Below are positions 13,301-26,560 of a stretch of 64,000 bases of DNA, in pieces (the first letter of the stretch is position 1; every line of letters begins with the position of its first letter). Source of the DNA: Vicugna vicugna (lineage: Eukaryota); NCBI GenBank assembly GCA_013265495.1, contig MU057560.1, positions 1,438,753 through 1,502,752 on the forward strand, written 5' to 3'. The notes under the pieces were generated by a model. The model saw nothing but the letters and a program-made list of their open reading frames with translations. It searched no databases and was not told the origin of the DNA. The position numbers and the translations under genes were made by a program.

Positions 13301-16300
13301 TCTGCATCAGAATTCATCTCTCACGTGCTTTCTTCTGTCTTTGTTGACAGTCATTGGTTGTTTAAAACTTTCTGACATCCATAAAAACATTGCTGTATGA
13401 CTTAACCTGTAAGTGTGACATTGATTAATGATTCAGGTCAATCATTGTGTTCATTTGCTTTATGACTGCCTCAGTGTCATGACTGATTTTCACTGGCTGT
13501 GTTTTTTTCTACGATGTGTCAGCTGTCTCTATGCTTAGGTAGGTGATACTTACCTAATACTTGCCAGAAATACATGGAAATATGCTGTCCTACAAAACAT
13601 CAAATAATTCACATTAACATTTAAAAATAATACATACTTTGGTAATGTGAGAACACATTGATTATTGGAATCAAGTAAGTTGTGACCGAATTGATTATTC
13701 ATTCTGAGGACAGCCCTTGGTTCTCCTTCTGAGCCTCTTTTCCTAGGGGGAAGTCATTAAAGTGTAGCTTGTGTTCCTCAAAGCATTAATTAAATGTGCT
13801 TTACCAGTACAAGATAAAATAGCTCTATCTACTATATGAAGCTTTTATATTCTTTCCATCATCAAATATTTGATTCTATGCCATGTAAATAAATACATAC
13901 TACATACATAAGCTGGTCTTACACTTTGAGAACAAATTCTTCCCTTGTTCATCCAAGATAACATTCCAAACTTCCTTATAGTAACAAATGAGTTACCTTG
14001 TAAACTGAATCCCCCATTCTCTAAGAGAATTGCAGGTGTAGGGAAGTGTGTAGATCTGTTAGCTTGAAGTGCAAAGAGAGTGGATCCTGGGAGTCGTTCC
14101 AAACATGACAGAGGACAAGTCTAAACTTAACAGAGACTGATATCTACCGTGAGGCAAAAACTTCCAGATGCTCAGAGGCCAAAGTTAAACAAAGTGTATT
14201 TAAATCTGTGCTCAACTACCATTATTATCATTATTATGTAGGTGTGATTTCCTAAGAAATTCCATCCAACAGGAAGAAGTCCTTTTTATGGTGCATCTAT
14301 CAAAGTGTCCTCAATTCTGTGCAAATGGAAATGCACCAGTGAGAGCTGTTTGAAGGATTACTTTGCTACCATTTTGCTAAAGCTGTGTATCTTATACCAT
14401 AGTATCATTTGCAATTATTTCATTTTCTAGAGTGAAATAAGACAAGTCTAGTCCATTTTTCTGACTGTTGTCTTCTGTTACTCTTCTGTTTTCAAAGCTA
14501 AAGATCCCTACACATTTTGACCTTCTTCTTAATGAAATTGGGAAGTCAGTTGAATCATCATTTCTTCTCTTCCTTGCTGAGCATATGAGTTTTGTTACTC
14601 TCTTAAGTTAGGGTGCCCCAAACTCATCTGGTGGAAAGGAGTGAATTTCTTTGACTGAGCACTTTCATCTTTAATTCCGTTACCATGTTAAACCTATATG
14701 ATGCTTACATTGACCTCCAATCTACAGGTAATAAACATGTGTTCAGAAAGATAAGAAAGTCATTGCTCCAATGGCACAAAGATAAGGATACAATTGGAAT
14801 TTGCATCCAAATCTGTCTCACTCCAGACCCTCTGTTCATTCGTGACACCCTGCTGTCCCATAACTCACGTGAGGGACAGAGGAAAGGTGACCGGCAGTCG
14901 GCTGAACACGAGCTGGCTGAGCTGTGGACGGGGCTGACGAGGCAAGCAGAGCTGAGAGTAAAGCAAGACAGAACGTCTGCAGGAGTCATGGCGTCCCACA
15001 GGCTCCTGGTACTCAAGGTCTGACGGTCTCATCCCCGCACCAAGTTCCTCAGAACACATTTCAAAAGCAAAGCGCTCAAGAACGAAAATGTGTTTTTAAG
15101 TAGCCCACTTTTCCTAAGCTTGACATCTAATTTGGTGATACTTCACTTAACTAAGAAACATGCCAGTGTTGTATTAATTATTCAGCCTTTTCCAGGCTTC
15201 TGCAAGCTTTAATTAGTAAAAGAAGTTTTCAGGGCAAGTTATAATTTGCATGCCAACAAATTTCTTATAAATTACCCAGTAAAGGTAAAGCTGGGCAGCA
15301 CGGCAGCTCTCCTTACCCAGCTGTGTCCAGGATGCAGGCGGACGAGCTGTGCCTTGTGCCTGAGTGTGCAGCCACGGAACTCGGGGAACACTGTGTCCCA
15401 CTCTCTCCCCTATCTTATACCTATGAATACACCTTCATTTTTACTTTTTTCTGTAAATGTCAATTTGTATAACAGCACCCCAATTCATCAGCCAATGCAG
15501 CTGCCCCCAAAGCACACAAATATTGTCCTGACAGCCTCAGACAGTTCCATAAAAATGCAACGATTTTGATATGACCTACTAGGTGCTTCCCACTCAGTAA
15601 ATAACAAATCTAATGTCAGATTAGTTAGTAAATTTGAAAGCCAGACTTATTTCAAAAGGAAAAAGACGTGACTTGAATCGAGCCATCTTTGCCGTGGCGT
15701 CAGGGTCCAAGATTAGACAGTAATAAGTTTATTGCTATTTACTTATTTTAATACGAATGCATCTCCTACAATGTACTCTGCCTTTCTTAGTCTCAATAAA
15801 AATGTATTTACGTCCATTTATAAAAGCCTTTTGTTGAGTTTACATACCCAAGGGAATTCATGCTCCTGATTTCAAATTTTGCTTTAAAAATCAGTTCCTC
15901 AAAAATTGTATCAGAAGATGATCTTATGAATTTTAATGAATCCCCACAGTGGACCTGTGGACAATGTGGCCCTGCTGTGTCCGTCACGCCTCTCATCCAG
16001 AGACACTGGTCCTGGATAAATAGCCACTGAGTGGAGAAATGATATTGCCAAAACCTGCCCTGTCAGGACTCTAGAAACTGGCAAAAGCAACCATCGCACA
16101 AGGAAGCGGTAATTCATGAAAAACAACTGGGTCCTGTGTGAGAAGAGCAGACGTCTGCCCTTGCCTGGGGCTGCCCCATCCCCGCAGCGCGGGGTCAGTG
16201 CACTGGTTCCACCAGGAGGGGAGGCTGGGACAGCCGGCAGCGTTCGTGCCAGAGGCTCCTGACTTGACTTGAGTACAGCGTGTAAGACAAGGGGCTCACG

Positions 16301-16599
16301 GCATCTTCCACGGTAACAGCAAGTGACAGCCACTCAACAGAGGCCAAGAGTGACTCTCTAGTGGTGGGTTGGTTCAGGCAACAACAGGTTGACAGAATGG
16401 CTGGAAATTTATTAGAGAGAAACTTATTAGTAAGATCTAAGAAATGAGGCACCCATAGGGGTATCAGGTTAATGACTGGATGACCAATTTGCTACTCAGA
16501 CACCGGGTGACCCTAGGAAGCCAGCCTAAAATTATTTTAAGTATAGTAAATACATACATGAAGTATATACTATATTACATATATTTAAACCGAGCAGAA

Positions 16600-19580
16600 G
16601 CATCACACACCCTGGGGAAACAGAACCCGTAGGTTCGTTCCAGGCAAGGCACTACACAAACGAAAGATACAGTCAACAATTTAACAGCAAAACCTCTCAA
16701 AGGATAAAACATCAGAATCCACCGCTGCTAGGCTATTTTATCAAAAATGTTCAGTTTCTAATTAAAAAATTGGGACTTGCAAAGAAACAGTAAACTCTGA
16801 ACTCTATTCAGAGAAAAACAACATCAGGCAATAAGAACTGTCAAGAGTAAGCTATTTCAAGTATATTTTAAAACTGCAGGAAACTATCCTAAAGAATTAA
16901 AGCAGACCATGAAAACAATGAGTCAGAAGTAGAGAATCACACAAAGAGAGAAATGAGTCTTAAAGAACCTAGAGAAAAACAAAATGGAGTTTAAAAGCAT
17001 AACTGAAACTTAAGGAAAAATTCCTATATTCTAAATGGCAAAAAACAAGGTGACTGAACTTAGATAAAAGACTGTATCCATTACACCAATGCTCAAATTA
17101 AAGGGAGACCTCCTTTCAACTCACTCTAAAGGTCCAGTGTAAATCTGGCACCAAAGACAGACATTACAGAAAACGATAAAAGTATAGGTCAATATCCCTC
17201 AAAAACACAGACGCAAAGATCCTAACAAGTGTTATCAAACTGAATCCAGCAGTATCGAAACAAGAGTTAGATGGGATGACAAAGCGAGCTTGTCTCAGGA
17301 AAGCAGGTTTGGTTATACGTTGGAAAATCAATGAATTTAATATTTGCATTAACAGAGTGGAAAACAAGTAGATACAGGAAAAGCATTTGAGGAAACTCCA
17401 ACCCTTATTCATTATAAAAATTCTCCAGAAACTTGGGAAAGAACTGTGCAATCTCACAGAGCACAACTGTGGAAATTCTGCACTTACCATTCCATTCTCC
17501 TGAGAGACACAACGCTTCTTAAGACCAAGAACCAGGCTGGCGTGGACGTCCACCCTCGTGACCGCTATTCAACAATGAGAAAGAAAAAAAGGAAAGGAAG
17601 GAAGAAGATGGACGGAAGGAGGGACAGAGGAGTAACCTAGATTGGAGAGAAGCAAGTGTAGCTGCTTTTATTTGTGGGTGCCATGATCCTTTAGACAGAA
17701 AAAAATGTAAGTAATCCATTTTTTTTAAATTGCTAGATGTAATGAATTCAACAAGGTCATAGGATATAACATTACTTTACAAAAAAATCAATTATATTTC
17801 TACATATTAGCAACAAACAACCTAAATACAAAATTAAGAAAATAGTTTCATTCACAGTAATACCAAATGACAGTATAATTAGACATAAATTTAATTTCTA
17901 AAATTACAATACTTGTTTACTGAAAACTATAAAGCATTGCTAAGAGAAATTAAACAAAATCATAACAAATGGAGAGACGTTCCAAGTTCATGGATGAGGA
18001 GATTCAATCCTGTTAAGATGGCGGTTCTCCCCAGACTTATCTGTAGATTTCACAGTTAATCAATCCGAGCAGATTATTTTGTAGGAATCAACAGGCTTAC
18101 GCTAAAATTTACAGTGACTGTAAAGACACACAGAAGAAGTGAAACAATTTTGAAAAGAAAGAAGCTGGAGGAAGTACCATAACTGACTTAAAAACTTAAC
18201 TATAAAACATATAAAGTAACCAAGACAATGTGGTACTTGCCTAAGGATGAAAATACAGATCAACAAGGCAGAAGTGAGAGTCCAGAAATAAATTCTTATA
18301 TCCATGGTCAATCAACATTCAACAAAAGGCCCAAGACAATACAATTAACAAGAGATAGTCTTTTCAATAAAAATGCTGGGACAATTGGTTATCTATACTC
18401 AAAGGATGAATTTAGATGCTTGCCTTCCACCATACGCAAAAGCTTACCTCAGAATAGATCACAGACCTAAATATACGAGTTTAAACTATAAAAGTTATGG
18501 AAGAAAATCAAGAAGAAAATCTTCATGATGGTGGATTAAGCAGAGAGTTATCAGTCACTACACCAACAGCATAATCTACAAAAAAATTTGGTATATCAGA
18601 CCTCATCAAAATTAAAAGCATTCACACTTTTTAAAAAATCTTTAATGAAATGAAAAATCAAGCCACAGAACAGCAGAAATCATTTTCTAATCATACATCT
18701 GATAAAGAACTGAATAACTTTTATCTAGACTAACAAACACTGGCAGCTCAATGTAAAGGAGAACGCCCAGTTTAAAAATGGGCAACCTCTTTGCACAGGC
18801 GTTTTACCAAGTGAGAGCTACTCCTGGCTAATATGCACACAAGAAGATGCTCATTATTATCCGTCTTTAGGGAAGTAAAAATGCAAGCCACGAGGTACTA
18901 TTACAATCATTAGGTTATAATTTAAAAAAAAAGAGGAAGAATGAAGAGGGGGAGATGAAGAAGAGAAAGAGGAGATGGGGAAAGGGAAAAAGAGAAGAGA
19001 AGAAAAGGAAGTGTTGGCAAGGATGTGGAGGGACTGGAACCTTCATACATCCCTGGTGGGGAAGTAAAATGGCGCAGCCACTGCCGAGGTCAGGTGTCAG
19101 TTTCATTGACAAGTTAAACATAAACTTACCAAGGACCCAGAAATTCTAGTCCTAATTATCTAGCGAAGAGAAATGGAAACATAAGTCTGCACAAAGATAG
19201 GTACACTCATGTTCAGAGCAGCATTATGCAAAATAGCCAAAATCTAAAAGCATTTCAACTGTCTATCAGCTGGTGAATGAATAAATAAGATGTGCACAGC
19301 TATTCAATAGGATATAATTCATCAGCAAAATGGAACTACTGGCACAGGCAAGCACATGCATGAGCCTCAAAAACACGATGCCAAGTGAAAAGGGGCCACA
19401 CAGAAGTCTATGGGTGGTTCGATTCCACTGAAGGAAATAATCACAGGACAGAAAGTGGGAGAATAGTTGTCTCTATGTCGACAGGTGTTCAAGCTGAGTG
19501 ATGGATACTGGGGGTCATTATACGATTCTCTCCACTTTCGTATATGTTTAAAAGTTTTCATTAAAAAAGTTAAAGAAAAC
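16600..19580 (+). mobile_element. Old, internally deleted L1 (L1M/L1MD-ME-like): ORF1 region, ORF2 remnants and 3'UTR
   Basis: A-rich sense strand. ORF2-like peptides such as 18228-18470 (MWYLPK...ESPEINSYIHGQSTFNK) and ttcatggatgaggagattcaatcctgttaagatggc. 3' end ttatacgattctctccactttcgtatatgtttaaaagttttcattaaaaaagtt. Confidence 0.88.
18920..19010 (+). repeat. Purine-rich (GA/GAA) low-complexity tract inside the L1
   Basis: aaaaaaaagaggaagaatgaagagggggagatgaagaagagaaaggagatggggaaagggaaaaagagaagaagaaaagg. Confidence 0.8.
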
Positions 19581-19962
19581 CAAAGACCAGCAGGCTCTGT
19601 TATCTTTTTTAGGGAGACACCAACAAGTAAACAAGAAGATAACATGGTACAAACAAGTATTCTTCCTCGAGAAAAGGGCGGAGTGCATCTTGCACCGTGA
19701 CGTTAAAGTGCATGGTAACCAGCTGTCTTCATTGGAGGCTTGTTTAAGAGCTGGTTAAGCGTAGTGTGTACGCAGATTAGCCAGCCTACTCCCTCCTTGT
19801 TACAGTCAGACAACAGCCCCAGACGCCCTGATAGACACTGTGACAGTCAAGGGCAAAGGCAGAAACTCTGGACTCACAAAGTCTTCATGAAATTTCGAGA
19901 GGTTATGAGAAGGTGCCCTCAGTGGGCTCCCAACGTGCTGTGCGTGTCCAGGCTTATTTCCA

Positions 19963-20272
19963 CACACTCGTTTATTCTTTTTTTTGGTTGTTGATGGTGG
20001 TGTTTTTTATTATTATTATTGAAGCACAGTCAGTTGCAATGTGTCTGTTTCTGATGCACAGCACAATGTCCCCGTCATGCATATAAATACATATGTTCAT
20101 TTTCATATTCTTCTTCATTAAAGGTTATTACAAAGTGGGTAGGAGGGGATAAACTTGAGAATTTGAGACTTACAAAGGTTAACCACTATGCACAAAAATA
20201 GATTTAAAAAAACCACTGTCTTCTCTACAGCACAGGGAACTGTACTCCACATCCCATATTCATTTACTCTTT
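19963..20272 (-). mobile_element. Short 5'-inverted L1 3'UTR insertion
   Basis: T-rich tail then antisense 3' end to ...ggttattacaa (~20132), followed by a sense 3'UTR piece ending cacagggaactgtactccacatc (~20253). Degenerate TSD at 19963-19980 and 20255-20272 (14/18 identical). Confidence 0.8.
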
Positions 20273-20466
20273 GTGGCATCGAGTGTGTCCTCCACGTAAC
20301 AAGCCTGAACAGCAGAATGTGTTGTCATTATTTTTCCGTATGACAAAGCTCAGCCTCACAGAAGCTGTCAGTCTTGTAAAATCACTCCAAGAATTAAGTG
20401 CCTAATTAAGCCAGAAGTAGGATGAAATTGATAACATCAACCTCCAGAACAAGTTGCCTTTCTGAT

Positions 20467-20530
20467 ACGTGTACACACACGCACGTGCGTGTGAGCGTGT
20501 GCATGTGTGTGTGCGGGCATGCACATGCAT
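20467..20530. repeat. Degenerate alternating purine-pyrimidine (CA/TG/CG) tract
   Basis: acgtgtacacacacgcacgtgcgtgtgagcgtgtgcatgtgtgtgtgcgggcatgcacatgcat. Confidence 0.8.
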
Positions 20531-23159
20531 CCGCTGGTTCCTAATGTGGCCCCTCCTGGCAGCTTTCAAGGCCCACATCCTCTCCCAATTCATATTCCTA
20601 CCACCGGACTCCCCCACATACACATGTAACGTAAATGCTCGTACCTGCGTGGGTTTACAAGGGTACACAAATGTTCAGACATATTTGGTTATTTTTCCAA
20701 AAGATAGGGGATGGTTCTTAATGGGACAGGTTGACGGTAGGAGCACCCAGAAGTTTCTCTACACCTGGGAAGAGCAACCACGGAGGGGAGCTTGGTGGAT
20801 GGAAGGGGAAGGGGAGCAGTGCTGATGCCAGCGGTCAGAAAGGGGGCGCTCCGGGCCGCCTTCTGTCCCAGGACGCGAGGGCCCTGCTGGTGAACGTGAC
20901 CACCTGGGGCTGCGTGACATTATACTGAAATTCCAGTTTTTATACTGGGATATAAAACCAAAGGAAGGAAAATGTGCTTTGTGCTTTAGGCTCTCTGGAT
21001 TAGCCAGAGGAAAGGTCAAGGTGGTTCACCTAAAGAAGCCAAGCTGTGTTCCTACCTCGTGGTGCACAACAGCACATTAGATCTGACGACATTAAGCCAT
21101 TTTTCCAGGCAGACTTTTCTGTAGTGATGGTCACGGCAGTGCCGCGGCTCTATCTCCCGGGGACCGTCTGTCTGGGGCCTACGGGAGCCTCAGGAAGGCT
21201 TGGCTGAACATAGTCCACCAGTCGAAGTGACTGGAACCTGTGTGTCCTTTTTTTTTTAAATTTCTACAGCAACTTCGGGACACTGTGGCATGTCTCCTGG
21301 AATCCAGGCTTCCAAGCCTGCTCTAACTGGGTGACAGCTCTCCTGTCCTGAGAATGTTCAGTGAGGTTTTCTAAACTGCAAGGAAAAAGGCATAAAAACT
21401 TGACTATTCACGTGCAACCCATCTGTCTCACCCGGGAGTGATACGTTATTAAGCAGAGAAAGTGATCTTTCTTTCAGTCATCACAACAGAGAGGGCAGAG
21501 GGCGACCCAGCTCATAACTTTCTCTGTCGATTGTCTTTTGGCCCCACTGTGTCTGCCTTCAGTGGAGGAAACCTGAGCCTCTTCTCCCCCTGAGGTCCCC
21601 CTTCCTTTCTCCATCCTCATGATAGTGTCTAACCCTGTGTTTCCTCTGGCAGGGCACCAGCACCACCTCCTCCGGCAGACTGTCCGGTGTAGGTGATACA
21701 CACGGTCTTCCCAGCTGTTTCCTAGAAGAGATGGTAACTGTGGACGGTCTCGGTCTCCGCTGGGGGAACTTGAGATTTTTCTTCAGAGTCACAAGTCTAA
21801 AACTACAACAGCAAGATTTAACCTATTACTATATATTCAAAACAACCATGGGTTATTATGTGAACATTCCTTGTGTCTTTTTATTATACATTTGTTCTAA
21901 ATTCCCTCCTCATCAGGAGGTAAACGGTGAAGGTACAAAGAATTTTCCAGTCACAGGTTCTTCCCATAAACTTCTCCTGAGAGCCTGCCCACTGATTTCA
22001 GACACTTTGCTAGAACTAGGGGTGCACAGATGTACATGGTAGAACCCCGTCCCTCAAAATTTTACATGGGTTGGGGAGGGGCAGTGAAGGAGACACAGAT
22101 AAAGTATAATACAACGTGATTCCAGCCACGGTGAGGTAAGTGTGGCATGTTGTGGGAACACACGGCGGACACTGTTCTGCCTGGTCCGTGCTGGGACACA
22201 GCTCCAGAGGTAGCCGCTCATTTAAGATACATCTAATCAGAGCCTGCACTGTGGCGAATGCTACTGGCTCCTGGGAATATGAACATGCAGGAACCCAGGA
22301 TCTGACTTAGAGAATCTCAGAATCTAATCGGGGAAGCCGGAAAGTGAAAAAACATCACATGTGTCAATGGCTTACATTCAACTGACTCTAACCCTATGTT
22401 TCCAGGAAAACACAAAAATCCTTAGATAAGCTTTCCTGGTAAGAAATCCAATTGCTATAAATTTATGTTAAGATGGCTCTTTGGGAAGAGACCTTTGCAG
22501 CACTGAATGAACTAAACCTGAACATTTTCATTTATAAACATTATCCGCTTGTTTGAGGCTAGAATGAATCAAGCCCTGGAGAGAATGGTGATGGAATTTT
22601 ATGGATGTTAAACACAATTGTGTGAATACTGTTACTTCTATGCAGCGTGTCGTGGCACGTTGTCTACTCTAATGACCGTTAACACTCAGTACAACTTAGA
22701 CCAGATAATTGGGTAAACTTCAGTTTTAGTATAAAATACACTCAGTAGGTCATTGATCCTCCTGACAGTTCAGAATCAAATACAATATTTTCCCAATAAA
22801 TTTATCCAGGTAGTAAAACGGTTTCAAGCACCACAATCACTATTCGTTTGACCAACCTTGATCTATCACAAATTCGTGAACTACCCTGGGCCCCAAGTTG
22901 ATACAAGGATTGCTCTATCTCTCGACACATCAGAGCCTAACTAGATGTGCAGGGCTCTGCCCAGAGGAGATGGTAGGTGCATCTCAGTGTTAATTAGGAA
23001 TCAGAGCTTCAGAAAACCATAAAACCTCTATAATCTCAGAATCATCAGCATTGTTCATGCCTCAGACTTTTACAGAATTACAAGAGGTTTGCTATAGTTT
23101 TAAAAAACAGTGATTAATCTTCAGAGATTAGGTAGAATTGAATTCAGCTCCCCACTCTG

Positions 23160-23260
23160 AAGCTATAGAACGTACTTAATTCCACCAAATGGTGTACTTT
23201 AACACAGTTACAGTGGTAAATTATGTGTATTTTACAATAAATATTTTAAATGGAAAAAAG
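23160..23260 (+). mobile_element. Old L1 3'-terminal fragment (L1M)
   Basis: aacgtacttaattccacc...tactttaa...ggtaaattatgtgtattttacaataaa matches the L1MB/ME extreme 3' end. Confidence 0.6.
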
Positions 23261-23933
23261 GACTAAAATATTCATTGAGGAGTATGATGTATGCAGATGG
23301 CTCTGAGGGCAAACGCCAACCCTGGTTAAGCAGAGACGTGTAAGGCTCAGTCCTGTGCTCTGCAGTTTATATTGTCCTGTGGGCAAGATGCACGTGAAGG
23401 ATTGTAACGCAGCATCTCACAACTGACTGAAGCCTTGGGGACACTGAGAAAAGAAAAATTCATCCTTCCTGGAGGGAGGAAGGCATTGACTTAGGAAGAG
23501 TAACAAACATGGTAACTTTTTAATAATAATGATGGTGTTTCTTCTGTTAGAGAAGTAGGAGAAAGGTGTTTCAGGTAAGAAAAACAAATTAGAGCAAAAC
23601 AAGCACAAACATGTGCACAGACTCAGTGACCCTGATGAAGCTGCTCATTGTTGTGAAGAGCGACCGTCTACCCAGTTAGCTGGCAGGACTTTCCTAACCT
23701 CTGCACTCACTGTGTCGTGAAGCGGTTGGAACTGAGAGCTGGCACCTCAGCGTCAGTTCTCACGAGGTCACTGGCATCGCAGTAGTCCGCGCCTGAGTTT
23801 CATAGCTGGCAGTCTTAGATTGATGAGTTACGATTCAGAAGACCTCTTCCGATGTCACAAGGTATGTTGCAGTTGGAGGAAACAAAACCAATGCCTTCCC
23901 ACTCTCGAGAGAGTCACTAATACAGGTTTTTCC

Positions 23934-23965
23934 ACAAACAAACAAACAAACAAGCAACCAAATAA
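23934..23965 (+). repeat. (AAAC)n microsatellite
   Basis: acaaacaaacaaacaaacaagcaaccaaataaa. Confidence 0.85.
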
Positions 23966-25519
23966 AATCATAATCTTCCAAAAGGCAAAAAAAGAAAAAA
24001 AGATATTTACCATCTTAAGAGTAAAAAATATTCAGCATAAAATGGTACATTTTTCTTAGAAAAGGAAAAATTTGAATGTTCCGAATGTTAGGAAGCACTA
24101 ACCTGCGGAGACCCTGACCTGGTGGGGGGGGAGGGTGTGTCTGGGGGTCCCCTGGGGTGGTTCTCATTCTCCAAATATATTGAAAACCACTGGCCTAATT
24201 GGGATAATAACCTGCGAGCAAGGCCACCCGGGGCCCTCCTTACTGCTGCCCGTCTCTCCTTAGATCGCCGCCGCTCCGCCCTCCAGTGGCGGTGGTTTGC
24301 AGACGGTGCCGCTGGGCACTTAGGCACAGGCTTAGTGTTCGTGAGAATGAACAAGTGCCTGAGGGCATTGGAGAAAAATCACCCGAGGGCTTACAGGGAG
24401 ACGGAAAGGCAACAGTTTGCAGAATCGCGAGTGAAGTCAGCGGTGGGAACGGGCCTGTCCGTCTGCGCATGACAGCGTCAAGCGGCCTGGGAATCAAGGG
24501 AAATGGAGCTGGGATACAAATTCGGTTTCCAATGTAGCTGAGTGCGTTGGGTTTCGGGGTCTTACAAAGTTAAAAGGTTGAGGAAAATATTTTAGGTAGT
24601 CTGATTTAATACAAAATTCAGCTGGCTAGAATTTGGAAAGCACGGGTTAGAATCTCAACCACCCGGGTGCCCCTGTCGTCCGCTTTGTGCTCCGGAGGCC
24701 GTCTTCACTGGCCTGTACGTCTGCTGGGGCTCCGTGAGATGCCCCCTTCACCACCTCCAGCCGTCCAGCACCCCTGGACAGGGCGCATCCTCGGGAGTCG
24801 CTCCTCCCCAGGGTCCTGAAGTCAGAGACGAGGCTGCAGGTACTGGGGGTCACAGCCTTGCGGAGGCCTGACTGACGCCGCACAGAACAGCCCGTCTCAG
24901 GAGCGGGGTGTCGTCTGGGGGAGGACTGACCTAGAAAGCGGTCCAGGGACTTAGACAACAGACACAGGAGACCTTGTCAGAGCCACAGGGATGTTTTTCT
25001 GGAAGCTGTTTTGTATTGTTGCCCCTTGAAGATCTGTTTCATGGCTTACGTGTTGTCTACAAAGAGTGTCATGACGGGGTAGCGTAGGGCAGCCTACATA
25101 TGTTTACGTCACTTTTGAAACTGGTTATATCAACAATACGTTAGGTGAGCTGAAATCCCCATGGAGTCTACAAGCCGAGACAGGTTGGGAAAAACGTTGG
25201 AACAAAGATTAAGGATCTTTCAGACCTAATATTTAAGGACCTGTTCCTCTAGATTGTGGTGGCACGATAAAGGCTCGAAGTGCTGCTTCCCGTATTACTG
25301 ACACGCGGTTACCGTGACATTCGGTTTCCTGTAGGATATATCTGAAATAGTTTGATGAGTGGATTCTGGGTAAATTATTTTGCAAAATTACACAATTAAA
25401 TTTAAAAACGTAAAATTGTTGATGAGCTTCTTGTTTCAGCACAGAAATGTAGAGAACTAGACATTGCGTCACCCCTACAACAAGAAAAAAGCTAAAAAGT
25501 ACAAATTTAATAACTTCCC

Positions 25520-25860
25520 TTTACCTCCTCAGAGTGCTGACGTCACAGGAAAGCAACCAGCCCAGAACGTGGAGGGGGAAGCGGCTGCGTGAGAAGCCCG
25601 GGGCCGACACACCCGCGGCAGCGGCCGCCGGGCAGCGCGCCAGCCGCTGGGGAGACCCAGCTCGGGGTCCCGCCAGCTCCTGAAGGCTGAGTGCGGGCGA
25701 CACGAGGGGGCGAGGTCCCTGAGGACCGGCGCTGGGGGCGCTTCCTCCCACGTGTGGGCTGTTCCCGCATGAACCCGAGCAGACGCTCGTGCCGAAAGCT
25801 GGGACGATTTAAGAAAGTTTCCACGTTGCTGATCAGGGAAGGGTAACCGCCGCCAAGGCC
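25520..25860. promoter_or_regulatory. Small CpG-rich element, candidate promoter/enhancer
   Basis: GC/CpG-dense stretch at 25580-25800. Perfect CRE TGACGTCA at 25538-25545, E-box CACGTG at 25749-25754, and a minus-strand donor-like GAG|gtaaag at 25525/25524. Confidence 0.5.
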
Positions 25861-26044
25861 AAACCTTCCCAGACCCAGCTTCCTTGTCTCTCCTGAGAAA
25901 CAACGGCCTTAATTTCAGTAAACGAGGAATAAAACTGCTCACGTAGAGGACTGTGGAAATTCTTTGCAGCAGGAAGAAACAGGAGGGAAAACCTGCACCT
26001 CAGGGTGAAACACTGACACACACCTGTCCCAGCAGCGGCTGTGC

Positions 26045-26560
26045 CGGAGCTCTCCGTACCCTCCTCTCCACTTTGCTGTGACCCTACAACTTCTCTTTAA
26101 AAAATCTTAACTGAAAAAAACCTTTTGCTCACACAAAACAATGTTTATAGCTGCTTTATTCATAATTATCAACAGTTGGAAGAAATCATGATGCTATCAA
26201 TGAGTTAATTAAAATACAGCTATCACATATACATATAGTAGAATATTATTCAGAAATTAAAAGGAGTGAGCCATTAATTCATGCAGTAACATGGATGAAT
26301 CTCAAACGAAGTTTGCTGGGTGCAAGAATACAGACATTCATGTGACGTCCTGGGAAAGACAAGACTATAAGGACGTGGCTGCCTTGGCTCGGGGAAGAGG
26401 AGACCAAGCAGAAACCCAGCAGAAATTCTAGGCAGCGGAACGTCCCCTGCAGGGGGGGGGGGGGCGGCCACGGGCTCATGCCTTTTTTTAAAGCACCTAG
26501 ATCTGTATGATGCAAAAGCGGAATCTTACTTTATGTAAATGAAAGAAATTAACTGAGCTT
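26045..26560 (+). mobile_element. Old L1 3' fragments (L1MC/L1ME-like)
   Basis: aatgtttatagctgctttattcataatt, atagtagaatattattcagaaattaaaaggagtgag and catggatgaatctcaaa are L1 ORF2-end/3'UTR motifs. G13 run at 26452-26464. Confidence 0.75.

Noticed and set aside
12969..13400. 143-aa hydrophobic ORF resembling a membrane protein
   Set aside because: TTG start, no recognised family, no convincing splice signals. Hydrophobicity follows from the T/C-rich strand.
21056..21237. Minus-strand exon ending GAG|gtagga
   Set aside because: The acceptor is preceded by an A-run rather than pyrimidines, and the frames I checked contain stops.
25475..25524. Minus-strand GT-AG intron next to the CpG element
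   Set aside because: Only 50 nt, below the usual mammalian minimum, and the following ATG frame stops after 20 codons.
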